Of a stretch of DNA of 64,000 nucleotides, positions 9,601-18,834 are shown one piece after another (position 1 is the first letter of the stretch; the number at the start of each line of letters is the position of its first letter). The notes under the pieces were generated by a model. The model was not told where the DNA came from. It made no database searches and saw nothing but the letters and a program-made list of their open reading frames with translations. The DNA comes from a virus. The stretch covers positions 32,001 through 96,000 of the IMG/VR virus record IMGVR_UViG_3300030060_004050. The stretch is one strand, 5' to 3'. The position numbers were made by a program, and so were the translations under genes.

Positions 9601-11897
9601 TCGATTTCGAGAATGGACATTTACGACCTCCATTCGTTGCAAAGAATGTAAAACTAGAGAACAGTTCGAACTCGGGTATTACAATTTCACCAGACGGAAT
9701 TGTAACTCTTGATTACTCAATCAACCCGCAGTTTATCTGGCAACCTTTTGCCAGTGACTGGGTAAAGGCAAATCCATTCAACGTTCCAAACTTCATGGGA
9801 CACATAGAGTTTGATGATCCGTTTGATAATTGGTGGGACGAAAACTACAAACCAACCGTCAAGATCAACACACAAGGCGAAAATGATCGTTGGAAAGTTA
9901 AGAATGAAAACACCTCTTACGGATTTGGTACACAGTGGAACGACTGGGAGGTAATCTGGTCGGGAAGAAACATCACTGAGAGTGATCTCTACGCAAACGA
10001 GGGTAGAAACTTCCTGAACAACATCACCACTGCGGATCTCAACAAGGACATCGAAGAAAGAACGGCAGTTGCAAATGATGCTTCCATTCGATCCACAGAG
10101 ACAACAAAGGTAAATCAGTCGAGAGTTGGAATTCGTGTTAGGAAACTTCCTCAAAGATTGGAAAAATTAGTCAACGATAGAATTGTAGATGCTAGTGTTG
10201 TTCCATATATGAGATCTAAGACTGTAACCTTCAATGCGTATGGATTAAAACCAAACACAACTTTTTATCCATACTTTGATGGTGACGAGGTTTCAAGTCA
10301 TTGTGGTCCTAGTGGTGGTGATTCGGGTGGTGCGATTACCTCCGGTTCTAGTGGTGAAATTGAAAATGCTTTCTTCTCCATTCCGCTTGGAACTTTCAAG
10401 TCTGGTGAGAAACTGTTTAGACTTACCGACAGTCCATCGAACACTCTTTCCGAAACTACAACCGCCGCAGATGCAATCTACTATTCAGCGGGTGTGGTTG
10501 ACTCAAGAGATGGAACTTTAGTTTCCACAAGACCTATTACTTCTAGAAGACAAGTTGTAAACGATGACTCTATTGTTCGGGATTCGTTCGATAGAGATAT
10601 CTACTACGATAGCATTTCAAACAACCTTTGGATTGATCCTCTTGCACAGACGTTCACCGTAAACGCCAGTGATCATGAAGAGGGTGTCTTCCTACACAGC
10701 GTTGACCTGTTCTTCCAAAGAAGATCAGAGAACGTTCCAATTACACTTGAGGTAAGACCCACACTGAATGGTTATCCTCACTTGTCCAAGGTTCTTCCAT
10801 TGTCTAGCGTTTCGCTCATTCCCGAAACCAGCGAGGTACGAGAAGACTTCCCAGAGGCAGGAACATACACCAGATTCAAGTTTACCAGTCCTCTTTTCTT
10901 AACACCAGGCGAATACGCACTATGCTTAAGAACCAGTAGTCAAGATTATAACTTGTTCAAGTCAACAATTGGACAGAACGATCTAAACAGCGGTGCTTAT
11001 ATTTCCGATCAACCTGCAAGCGGATCTCTATATGTTCCACAGAACACAGGAATTGCTACTAGCACTCCATCGGAAAATCTAATGTATAGGATCAACACTT
11101 GTAACTTTGATCTCTCTGGTAGCATTTCAACTGCAATACCATCCTCTGAATTTACAAGCGAAGGTTTAACTAACTCTGTTGTTGACACACTCAAGATTGT
11201 ATCTGGTGAACATACTCCAAGAAATACAACTCTAGGAGCAAGAGTAACACTCGGGACTGTTTTGTCAAACACCGACATTATTGCAAACGAGAATATTTAC
11301 TTAGAAAGTCCTGCGACTCTAGCATCAACTTCAGACTTCTCTTTGACTTCAACTCTAACATCAACCAACAACGATGTTTCTCCGGTAATTGACTTGAGAA
11401 GATTGGATCTTGTTTCAATACACAATGATGTAAACAACAGCACCGACACCTCTACCAACGGCGAACTTAATGCGAATTCCAATTCGTCAGACAGTTCTCT
11501 TTATGGACCAGGGACAGACAATCCTAATTCCACTGCTGGTGCAGCGGGACGGTACATCACAAGAAGAGTTACATTGGAGGACGGATTCGAATCCAAGAAC
11601 TTTAAGGTGATCATGTCTGTTAACAAACCAGCAGAGGCAAGTGTTCAGGTGTTTGTCAAACCTCTTGGAGTGGACGATGCAACTCCGTTCGAGGAAGTTG
11701 CATTCACACAGATGACCGCCGACTCGACAATTTCAAACTCGGGTAGTGATTATGACTTCGACGATGTTACATTCTCTTTGTCTACAAACTTTACCAACCC
11801 AGTGAAAACTTTTGCTGTTAAAATCTGCCTATACAGTTCATCCTCTACTAAAGTTCCTTTGGTAAGAGATCTCAGAGTGATCGCACTACAAGGATAA
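6660..11897 (+). CDS. Large virion structural protein, VrlC/DUF4815-like
   Basis: DPYWDDYNEDKKFLRMLFKPGRAVQGRELTQLQT; NYNAPGADRYK; LARRTYDESGSY; RRYTMRDIG; DPLAQTF. Confidence 0.85.
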   Translation: MVYSSTLFNTDPYWDDYNEDKKFLRMLFKPGRAVQGRELTQLQTIVQDQIKRFGDHIFKNGSRVLGGELTNQDVVFLRVQTTEQSTFNDLDVSALIGTDITTNTPVGTDTRRAKVLHGITGSTSDNDNYYILMVQYVDGGGGAGSQFNPGDYIKGTTGTSTYIARVGLTSGAAATDAAIVNGITGTAKLTTTQNGIFFVDGSFVKSDTQSVSPFSMTGARGFIRDFGNPTSRVGFNIEKTIVEHTEDYTLRDPASGSFNYNAPGADRYKVDLKLDFKNFVNDSSYGVSGFGDPNFIDMVRFVDGKIKVTNEFNQYSEIEKNLARRTYDESGSYTTKPFEIDIRESLTTLGGPYTSSEGGGETLAAVGLQPGKAYVFGYEFETQGTQYVLVDKARTTQTLTSQPVNDALYGQFIKVSPKANMSLTGGFGELLSTNYPLVQLKDGGGVTGDARVRQIIPNNDFGSAGMTAIAQTYNMYLFDINLNGITAFGNVTTVGETSLGAGSLTAGFVIGSGGTAGTSGGTGGTILFQPGFNSSLFPLPIGNSVNGVSDLTYRIYKGFTFSTSDATTVTTVSSGSDAMTFVGTTDSTDNDSYFPTDKRSFYTLICDDGGENSKGRSGERVLTDTIQFKPASDKKSIEIGHASTSSKQLAPGNYTLISTVDVAAPFLFRKKTAATGSTSYSVNNGSSVSLSGTTGSYYVPLDHHDIIDVTSVVDNNNTVSNAVGLAASDVKGAFLLDSGQRDNYYDFGRLYLKPDLGVDAITGDINLTVNYTKFTHGAGEGPFVVDSYTHATSGFTFDNIPIYVSPKTGKSFSLRNCVDFRGTKQSDGTIKPDGLSIKSSSDFRADYTHHLSRIDKIVLTKERKFDVIKGIPALNPVTPPDRPDAMTLYVITVPAYTYDIDDITTKYVENRRYTMRDIGGIEKRVERLEYFTTLSLLEQQTESTYFADNDGNDIFKNGILVDAFRGHSVGDVLNGDYDCSIDFENGHLRPPFVAKNVKLENSSNSGITISPDGIVTLDYSINPQFIWQPFASDWVKANPFNVPNFMGHIEFDDPFDNWWDENYKPTVKINTQGENDRWKVKNENTSYGFGTQWNDWEVIWSGRNITESDLYANEGRNFLNNITTADLNKDIEERTAVANDASIRSTETTKVNQSRVGIRVRKLPQRLEKLVNDRIVDASVVPYMRSKTVTFNAYGLKPNTTFYPYFDGDEVSSHCGPSGGDSGGAITSGSSGEIENAFFSIPLGTFKSGEKLFRLTDSPSNTLSETTTAADAIYYSAGVVDSRDGTLVSTRPITSRRQVVNDDSIVRDSFDRDIYYDSISNNLWIDPLAQTFTVNASDHEEGVFLHSVDLFFQRRSENVPITLEVRPTLNGYPHLSKVLPLSSVSLIPETSEVREDFPEAGTYTRFKFTSPLFLTPGEYALCLRTSSQDYNLFKSTIGQNDLNSGAYISDQPASGSLYVPQNTGIATSTPSENLMYRINTCNFDLSGSISTAIPSSEFTSEGLTNSVVDTLKIVSGEHTPRNTTLGARVTLGTVLSNTDIIANENIYLESPATLASTSDFSLTSTLTSTNNDVSPVIDLRRLDLVSIHNDVNNSTDTSTNGELNANSNSSDSSLYGPGTDNPNSTAGAAGRYITRRVTLEDGFESKNFKVIMSVNKPAEASVQVFVKPLGVDDATPFEEVAFTQMTADSTISNSGSDYDFDDVTFSLSTNFTNPVKTFAVKICLYSSSSTKVPLVRDLRVIALQG

Positions 11898-11901
11898 TGC
11901 A

Positions 11902-12129
11902 ATGGGTGAACTGATAGAAATAGAAGGAAGAGAAGACGTAGCAAGAGATATTAACTCAAAGGCTCTTTTAAAAACCAATCTTCGTGAAAAAGAAGCATGG
12001 TTAAGAAAAAAAGAAAGAGATAATAAAATTATAAGCAACGAAAATGAAATAAATAAAGTAAAAGAGGAACTTAGTGAAATGAAAAATACACTAAATCAAA
12101 TTCTCAAAATTGTAAGGAAGAGTAACTAA
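11902..12129 (+). CDS. Small coiled-coil hypothetical protein (as commonly found after VrlC-like genes)
   Basis: RDINSKALLKTN..LSEMKNTLNQIL; tight coupling to neighbours. Confidence 0.6.
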   Translation: MGELIEIEGREDVARDINSKALLKTNLREKEAWLRKKERDNKIISNENEINKVKEELSEMKNTLNQILKIVRKSN

Positions 12130-13538
12130 TGGGCGTTGAAGATAAAGATTACAACATACCAGAACTCGTTCTCGGAGATACGTTCTTTGAGTGGTTGAAG
12201 GTAACAAACGATTCAATTATCACCAAACTAAACAGCATTGGAACATACAATGCTACAGGTGGTGATGGTGTCAACGTCACCACTTCTTCCGCAGGATTGT
12301 CCGAGGTTTCTCTTGCAGATACCATTCCCAATGGTGTTACTTTTTCTGGTAACGTAATCTTTAATGGTGCAGTTACTACAGTAAACTCCACTGAAATTAC
12401 AGTAGACGACTTCAACCTTGTTCTGGGTGCAACTGGATCTGGTAAGTCGGACGCATACATTGGTGCAAGCGGCGGTGGTGGTATCATACTCATGAGAGCA
12501 GACGGTCCAACTGCTTCTTTCTTGTGGAGGGGAATGACAACTGGTAGTGCCAGTTTAACTTTCAATGCACTTGGTGTTGGTAGTTCGGGTGCATGGACTT
12601 GCTCTGAGTACCTAAACCTTACTGGTGGTGTAGGACTGAAATCCAACGACAGCACTCTAAGATTTAAGTCTGGTGTTAACGCAACAGGTGCGGGTATGAT
12701 GTTAAAAAGCATCGGTACTGCTGGTGGACCTCATATGGCAGGAGACGTTGTGTACTCCTCCGAGTCTATGCAACTGAGTCACATGGGAACAGGAAGTGTT
12801 TCTAATACAGGTGGTGTCTTCTTTGACGAAGACGGAATGGTTAGAATTTATAATGGCGTAAACAAGAGAAAGTTTACACATGCAAGTCACGGATTTACTT
12901 TTGGACAATCGGTAAGACTAAATGGTTTTACTTGTGCTTTAGCACATGCAAACACTGAAGCAGATGCAGAAGTGTTTGGTGTTGTCTCTGAAGTTCTAAA
13001 CAGTGATGAATTTGTTGTAACCATGCAGGGTGAAGTTCACGGAGACTTTGGTGTTGCACTTGGTAGTGCAGGTGCCACCGTTCAACCCGGAGTGGTTTAC
13101 TTCTTAGGAGGAACCGCAGGAAACAGTGGTGAAATTTCCTCCTCGGAAATTACAACCGCTGGTAAGATTAGAAAACCAATGTTGATTGGTATAGGAGCAA
13201 CTGCTGGTTATGTGTTGCAGTATGTTGGTGCAAAGATTGCTCCAGAAGTAGATACTGTTGCTCCGGTAATGAGAAGACTAACCTTAGATAAGGACGGGGT
13301 TAAACAGTCCGGATCTAGCAGCATAACTTGTGCAAAAATTGCAACTGGACAATACTCACTTACTCATGGATTTGGAAGTGCAAACTATTCAGTAAGCGTT
13401 GCAGGAAATACAACAGGAGCAGTAATCGGAACCCTCCTAGATAAACAATCAAACGGTTGCACCATTGGTGTCTTCGGACATGCTGGTTCAGCAGTTGATT
13501 GTGCGGCAGAAATTATACTAGCAAAGGATGTATCATAA
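12129..13538 (+). CDS. Tail fibre/whisker-like virion protein
   Basis: DTFFEWLKVTN start, VTTVNSTEITVDD fibre-type motif, Gly/Thr-rich; structural cluster. Confidence 0.6.
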   Translation: MGVEDKDYNIPELVLGDTFFEWLKVTNDSIITKLNSIGTYNATGGDGVNVTTSSAGLSEVSLADTIPNGVTFSGNVIFNGAVTTVNSTEITVDDFNLVLGATGSGKSDAYIGASGGGGIILMRADGPTASFLWRGMTTGSASLTFNALGVGSSGAWTCSEYLNLTGGVGLKSNDSTLRFKSGVNATGAGMMLKSIGTAGGPHMAGDVVYSSESMQLSHMGTGSVSNTGGVFFDEDGMVRIYNGVNKRKFTHASHGFTFGQSVRLNGFTCALAHANTEADAEVFGVVSEVLNSDEFVVTMQGEVHGDFGVALGSAGATVQPGVVYFLGGTAGNSGEISSSEITTAGKIRKPMLIGIGATAGYVLQYVGAKIAPEVDTVAPVMRRLTLDKDGVKQSGSSSITCAKIATGQYSLTHGFGSANYSVSVAGNTTGAVIGTLLDKQSNGCTIGVFGHAGSAVDCAAEIILAKDVS

Positions 13539-13872
13539 TATGGCTCAGAGTGCAAGACAAATAACTGGTGCAGGTCCAAGAAATGCTTTCATCATGCATG
13601 GTAACAGCAGCAACGCTGGTTGCACTGTTGATCAGGTTCTTGGTGTAGATATTTCTGCTGCGAGAACTGCTGCTGGTAAATATACAATTACCCACAACAT
13701 GGGTAAGACCGGATATTGTGCAGTCTTTACCGCAGATGATAATGGTGCGGATGGTATACCTCTAATCATAAGGTTGTTCGGAAGATCTGGTAACACATGT
13801 GATCTTAGAGTAGAAGACGATGCGGGTTCCCTCACTGATCCAGACTTTGTACACGGTGTCTTTTACGACTGA
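13528..13872 (+). CDS. Small virion-associated protein resembling the C-terminal domain of 12129..13538
   Basis: AGKYTITHNMGKTGY vs TGQYSLTHGFGSANY; overlaps upstream gene. Confidence 0.5.
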   Translation: MYHNMAQSARQITGAGPRNAFIMHGNSSNAGCTVDQVLGVDISAARTAAGKYTITHNMGKTGYCAVFTADDNGADGIPLIIRLFGRSGNTCDLRVEDDAGSLTDPDFVHGVFYD

Positions 13873-13884
13873 TTGGAGAAATAA

Positions 13885-15891
13885 ATGGCAAACTCAGCAT
13901 TCACACTTACAAGTTCAGTCGGCACAGATGGTAAATCTATGCGGGCTACTAAATTCCAAACATCACACGGATTTTCTGCTGGTAGCGTTATCCGGTATGT
14001 TCAACAAACAGATGGTGTTACTGGAAACTTTGCACTCGCACAGGCAGATGGTGGTGTAACTGCTGAGGCCGTTGGTATTGTTGAAAGCGTTGATGCAGCA
14101 GGAAACGAATTCACTGTAGTGTATGGTGGTGAAATTAACACCGCAAACTTTGCATCCGTAAACTCAACTCTAGGTGTAACTGGTTCGGATGTTTGGTTCC
14201 TAGATCCAGATGTTCTTGGTGGACTTACAGATACTGCTCCAACAAACAGCGGTGATGTTGTTAAACCAATTCTCACACTGGTAAGCGGATCTCTAGACGA
14301 TAGAGGTCTTGTAACCAACTATGTTGGTACGCAAATTGGTGGTGAGAATACTGTAAGTCTTGATTCAGTTCACCCAGTTGGTGAAATTATTGCGTTCGCA
14401 GGAAACACTTCGGATGTACCGGATGGTTGGCAACTTTGCGACGGTAGCACTCTTTCAGTTGAAGGTGACTATGCAGAGTATTTTGCAAGAGTTGGAACCA
14501 AGTATGGTTACAACATTGAACTTGAAATCGTAGATCGCGGACACACAGGTTTTATTGGCAAAACTGGTTCCCAAGAAATTTCCTCAACAGCAATTCCAAG
14601 TTTCTGTTTAGGGTTTACCGCAAGTGCAGGAACAACTGCTCAGGTGTTGTTGAACCCAGACACACTGACTGGAATCACCGGAGGCGAAACTGTTGGTGAC
14701 AACACTGGATTCCCCTCTGGTTTAGTTTATTCAAACTCTACTTTTGTTTCTCTGCAACACGACAGCGGTGGTGCCACTTACACTGTAAACAGTGCCACCG
14801 TTAAACTAGTAAAAACCCCAGACTTAAGATCTAGAACTCTTATTGGTGCAACATCGGATTACTTTGGTGTTACTGGTGACAGAAGATCCACTGGTATGGA
14901 TGGATTTACTGCTGGACAAATCGGTGGTGCGGAGGATGCAGTAACTGTTGAGATTGCTGATACTGGAAGTGGAACTCATGTCTACAGTGCCCAAGCATCT
15001 GGTGAAGCGTCACTTCGACAACCATTCATGGCAGCACACTATATTATTCGAACAAAGAACACTGCAAAGGCAGCACTTGTTGATGGTTTAAATGTTGCTC
15101 TTGCTGATGCAGGACTTACCGATCACGAAACAACAAATGTAAATGATGGTGACTTTACAGTCTACGATGGAACGGATAGTAAGTTTAAAGAACTCAAGAT
15201 TCTTGACTCTTATCCAAACGATCAAACAAACTTTGAAGCATCATTCCGAATCAACTCGTCGAACGGTTACATTTCCGTTGGACACAATGGTGGGGACTAT
15301 CCTCTTCATGTTAAGAACGCCGCTAATGCGGAAATTCGTGTTGAAGATACTACAAATAGTAGAACTTTAAGTATGAAGGCAAGAGATGGTGTAACCGAAC
15401 TTGAGGCATCTAGCGGAAGCGTTTTAGATATCATAGGAAGTGGTACGATTGGTATTAGAGATGGTGGGGACAATACTAGACTTTTCAAAGATACAGTTAC
15501 TGTAGATGGTACTCTTGGAGTTACCAATGGTATCGAAGCAAGAACCGGAAATATTTTCGCAAAAGATGGTCAAATATACTCAGAGGTTGATAACAGATCA
15601 GTGAGTTCATCCTTTACCCCTGATGCCTCGAACGGAAACATATTTAATGCAACAGTGAGTGCAACATCTTTGACGTTGAATAATATGACAAATGAAGCAG
15701 CAGGTGCAGCATACAGTATTGTTTTGAATAACTCGGGTTCTGCAAATTGCACACTAACTTTTGGTAATCAGTATAAATTTGCAAATGGAATTAAACCTAA
15801 TATAATAAGAGGAAACTCCACGTTAGTAATTTCTGTCATTTGCAATCAGTCGAACAATTTCTTATGTACATGGGCAGAGGACTTCTCATAA
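13885..15891 (+). CDS. Tail fibre protein with phage tail-collar domain
   Basis: HPVGEIIAFAGNTSDVPDGWQLCDGS..YFARVGTKYG; TPDLRSRTLIG; QPFMAAHYIIR (collar motifs). Confidence 0.75.
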   Translation: MANSAFTLTSSVGTDGKSMRATKFQTSHGFSAGSVIRYVQQTDGVTGNFALAQADGGVTAEAVGIVESVDAAGNEFTVVYGGEINTANFASVNSTLGVTGSDVWFLDPDVLGGLTDTAPTNSGDVVKPILTLVSGSLDDRGLVTNYVGTQIGGENTVSLDSVHPVGEIIAFAGNTSDVPDGWQLCDGSTLSVEGDYAEYFARVGTKYGYNIELEIVDRGHTGFIGKTGSQEISSTAIPSFCLGFTASAGTTAQVLLNPDTLTGITGGETVGDNTGFPSGLVYSNSTFVSLQHDSGGATYTVNSATVKLVKTPDLRSRTLIGATSDYFGVTGDRRSTGMDGFTAGQIGGAEDAVTVEIADTGSGTHVYSAQASGEASLRQPFMAAHYIIRTKNTAKAALVDGLNVALADAGLTDHETTNVNDGDFTVYDGTDSKFKELKILDSYPNDQTNFEASFRINSSNGYISVGHNGGDYPLHVKNAANAEIRVEDTTNSRTLSMKARDGVTELEASSGSVLDIIGSGTIGIRDGGDNTRLFKDTVTVDGTLGVTNGIEARTGNIFAKDGQIYSEVDNRSVSSSFTPDASNGNIFNATVSATSLTLNNMTNEAAGAAYSIVLNNSGSANCTLTFGNQYKFANGIKPNIIRGNSTLVISVICNQSNNFLCTWAEDFS

Positions 15892-15892
15892 A

Positions 15893-17773
15893 ATGATCGG
15901 TGGATTAGGAACACATGTCAAGTCTCCATACGGCTGGAAATGTGAGACAACTGGTGAACCTGAAGTATACTACTGGCAGGGACCTGTTTTCTATTACAAC
16001 CCCACATATGATTATGTGAATAATTCATTTGTTCTAAACTATGCCGTTTCGATTGATGAAAACAAAAGCAACAAACTTTATAAACTAACCTTTAACCACA
16101 CCACCAGAGAGGTGAGTAGAGAATTGGTTTGGGATGGTGCTTCTACTTTTATATCGAATAATAGTAATTATAGTAAGACTTTTGGAAACCTCGAATTTAT
16201 ATCAAGAGATACCTTCTTGATTACTGAAGAGTATAGTCCAGCAGATCCTAATCATGCACTTGCAAACACCTATCGAAAAGCAATCATCTGGGCAAACAAA
16301 ATAGAGGATGATGGTACAGTTACTCCTAAAGTTTGGAGTCGAGTTGTATTTCAAGATAATGTAACGGAAAATGCCAGTGAATCTGCAAACCAGTTTGATT
16401 ATCCCGGATCGATTATGGGCGTATCCAGCATATCTCCACTGTCCAATTTGTATGATTCCTATAGCAAATATAAAAATATTGTTATCATGACTGCCCCTGG
16501 CGACTACGGAAAGCCATGGTTTGCATCTACAAACAATGATCATGCTAAAAAGTTTTTAAGACTCGATGCAGATGGTGAAGATATTACCAACAACGAATAT
16601 CTTGCAAACTCCGGAGCATGGAATGGTGTTAGAGCAGCAGGAACTCCAGGCGATTTTAAACTCATAGGAGAGATTCCGTTCCAGAACACATCAAACGAAA
16701 GTGGACATGGAATTAATGAAGGTTTTATGACAATAGCGTCAGACGACTCTGTAATTTACGGAAACGTTCAGGGTTATAAAGACAACAGTTCAGGTGAGTG
16801 TTTTGAGCAAGGAAGAGGCACAGGATACTGGTCGCAAAATCCGGGAGCAACAGGAATTTATTGGAACAGATGTGCTGGATCATATCAAGGTCCACCCGAT
16901 TTTGATAACATAACAACAGACAGACTTTATTATCATGACATCGGACTTGTTGAAGATCTTAATTCTTCACTAACAGAAATTCAATCTTCCAACGCAGGAA
17001 ACCACTCTGCTTGTAAACTAGACAGAGGACTCACATATGATTATGAAAATGGAATTAGATGGCGATTTAATATTAGTAATGACACCAAGTATGGAACAAA
17101 CGGGAACGGTGACAAGGAAGAGCAAGCAGAAACGGGTTATGGAAGATACTACGAGTACTGGAATAACAAGACATTTGCTGATGGAGCATGTACAGATTGG
17201 TTTGCTGAAACAAAATGGGGACAAGAATATGGCAGAGATGTGATCCTCATGCATGTTGCAAGAAATCAATCCGGACCAATTTTTGCTCCAGATGATGGGT
17301 GGGGAAATTCGTTTGTGACAAACCGAGAAGGCATTCTCGTAATGAAAAGAGATGAAAACAGCAACAATTTGGTTCTGTTAGATCAGGATCAATTGAACTC
17401 CGGTGACTTTACCGACATTAATGGTTATGAAAAACTTGCGTATAAGTTTGACAACACTTGGGGAACTATATACAACTCTCCTTGCTGCGAAGACTCTAGT
17501 GGAGTTTGTTTTGATCTGCCTAGTAACCCCACTTTGGTGATGACAGATTGTTCCAACAAACCTACTTTTATTTGGCCTAATCCAAACGGACCTTATGTTG
17601 GTGGGTATTATGACTGGGCAAACTGGAGTGAATCCTCTGTTCAGGAATCATATGGACTCGCAGACAACGGAGATATCCCTACTCTTCGAGGATCTCTCCA
17701 ACCATGGTTACCTCAACCCTTCTACAGTGCAAGTTCAGGCGGACTTTCCTTTAGACCTAACTGGAAGATATGA
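15893..17773 (+). CDS. Hypothetical 626-aa protein (Trp/Tyr/Asn/Gly-rich), possibly virion-associated
   Basis: Long ORF coupled to the fibre gene; no recognisable motif. Confidence 0.55.
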   Translation: MIGGLGTHVKSPYGWKCETTGEPEVYYWQGPVFYYNPTYDYVNNSFVLNYAVSIDENKSNKLYKLTFNHTTREVSRELVWDGASTFISNNSNYSKTFGNLEFISRDTFLITEEYSPADPNHALANTYRKAIIWANKIEDDGTVTPKVWSRVVFQDNVTENASESANQFDYPGSIMGVSSISPLSNLYDSYSKYKNIVIMTAPGDYGKPWFASTNNDHAKKFLRLDADGEDITNNEYLANSGAWNGVRAAGTPGDFKLIGEIPFQNTSNESGHGINEGFMTIASDDSVIYGNVQGYKDNSSGECFEQGRGTGYWSQNPGATGIYWNRCAGSYQGPPDFDNITTDRLYYHDIGLVEDLNSSLTEIQSSNAGNHSACKLDRGLTYDYENGIRWRFNISNDTKYGTNGNGDKEEQAETGYGRYYEYWNNKTFADGACTDWFAETKWGQEYGRDVILMHVARNQSGPIFAPDDGWGNSFVTNREGILVMKRDENSNNLVLLDQDQLNSGDFTDINGYEKLAYKFDNTWGTIYNSPCCEDSSGVCFDLPSNPTLVMTDCSNKPTFIWPNPNGPYVGGYYDWANWSESSVQESYGLADNGDIPTLRGSLQPWLPQPFYSASSGGLSFRPNWKI

Positions 17774-18042
17774 ATTATTTGTACCATAAAAATGATGTCG
17801 TTGAAATAAACAATAGAAAGTTCAACGTAGAAGTTTTAAAAACCTTTGATCCAGATTTTGAAGAACCGCCTACTGGGTGGGTTCGATCATATCAACAGGG
17901 TAGAAGACATCTATTAACCAACGGAAGAAATCAAGTTGGTTGTGATTTTCCATGGAACCAAGGAGACAAATACATCAAATCTGTTCCTGAACTAATACTT
18001 GTCGAGAGACAAATCGCCTTAGATAATGAATCTAATAATTGA
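17770..18042 (+). CDS. Hypothetical protein
   Basis: 90-aa ORF, ATGA overlap with upstream gene. Confidence 0.5.
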   Translation: MNYLYHKNDVVEINNRKFNVEVLKTFDPDFEEPPTGWVRSYQQGRRHLLTNGRNQVGCDFPWNQGDKYIKSVPELILVERQIALDNESNN

Positions 18043-18058
18043 TGTGAGGCATTAGTTA

Positions 18059-18066
18059 CATACATA
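18059..18066 (+). promoter_or_regulatory. Putative T4-type late promoter variant (CATACATA) upstream of gp13
   Basis: Intergenic; same CATACATATA recurs before gp19. Confidence 0.5.
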
Positions 18067-18087
18067 TAAAGGAAAAGGAGCGTCAAA

Positions 18088-18831
18088 ATGGCTAAACCGT
18101 CTTCACGATCAACACTAAAAGAATACGCTTTGCGACGACTAGGTGCGCCAGTAATTGATATTAATGTAGATGATGCTCAACTGGAAGATAGAATTGATGA
18201 TGCACTTCAGTTTTTCGCAGAGTATCATTTCGATGGTGTAGAGAAAACATATCTCAAGCACGAAATTACACAAACAGACATCGATAATGAATACATCACT
18301 GTTGATGACAGCGTTATCTCCGTAACTAAACTGTTTCAGTTCAGCGAAGGAACCGTAAATCTGTTTGATGTTCGATATCAAATGGCACTAAATGACTTTT
18401 ACGGACTTAGGAACCCCAACCAGTCAATGGTTCAGTATGATATTACAAAACGACATCTCTCGTTGATTCAGGATATTCTTTCTCCTGAAAAAATGATTAG
18501 GTTTAGTAGAGTCACTAACCAACTAAAGGTGGACATGGATTGGAGCGAAGAGGTGGTTGTCGGTGACTTCTTAGTTGCTGAAGCATACGCCGTTCTTGAT
18601 CCGGACACATACCCCGAGATCTACAACGACAGACTCTTGAAGAGATACGTCACTGAACTGTTCAGAAGGCAGTGGGGTGAAAATCTTTCCAAGTTTGAAG
18701 GTATTCAACTTCCAGGCGGAGTTACCTTCAACGGCAGAGAGATTATGCAAACTGCACAAACCGAAATCGATAAGATCGAGGAGAACGTCCAACTAATGTA
18801 TGAACTCCCTCCCGACATGATGGTGGGATAA
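18088..18831 (+). CDS. gp13: Neck protein gp13
   Basis: LKEYALRRLGAPVIDINVDDAQLEDRIDDALQFFAEYHFDG; QWGENLSKFEGIQLPGGVTFNG. Confidence 0.95.
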   Translation: MAKPSSRSTLKEYALRRLGAPVIDINVDDAQLEDRIDDALQFFAEYHFDGVEKTYLKHEITQTDIDNEYITVDDSVISVTKLFQFSEGTVNLFDVRYQMALNDFYGLRNPNQSMVQYDITKRHLSLIQDILSPEKMIRFSRVTNQLKVDMDWSEEVVVGDFLVAEAYAVLDPDTYPEIYNDRLLKRYVTELFRRQWGENLSKFEGIQLPGGVTFNGREIMQTAQTEIDKIEENVQLMYELPPDMMVG

Positions 18832-18834
18832 TAA

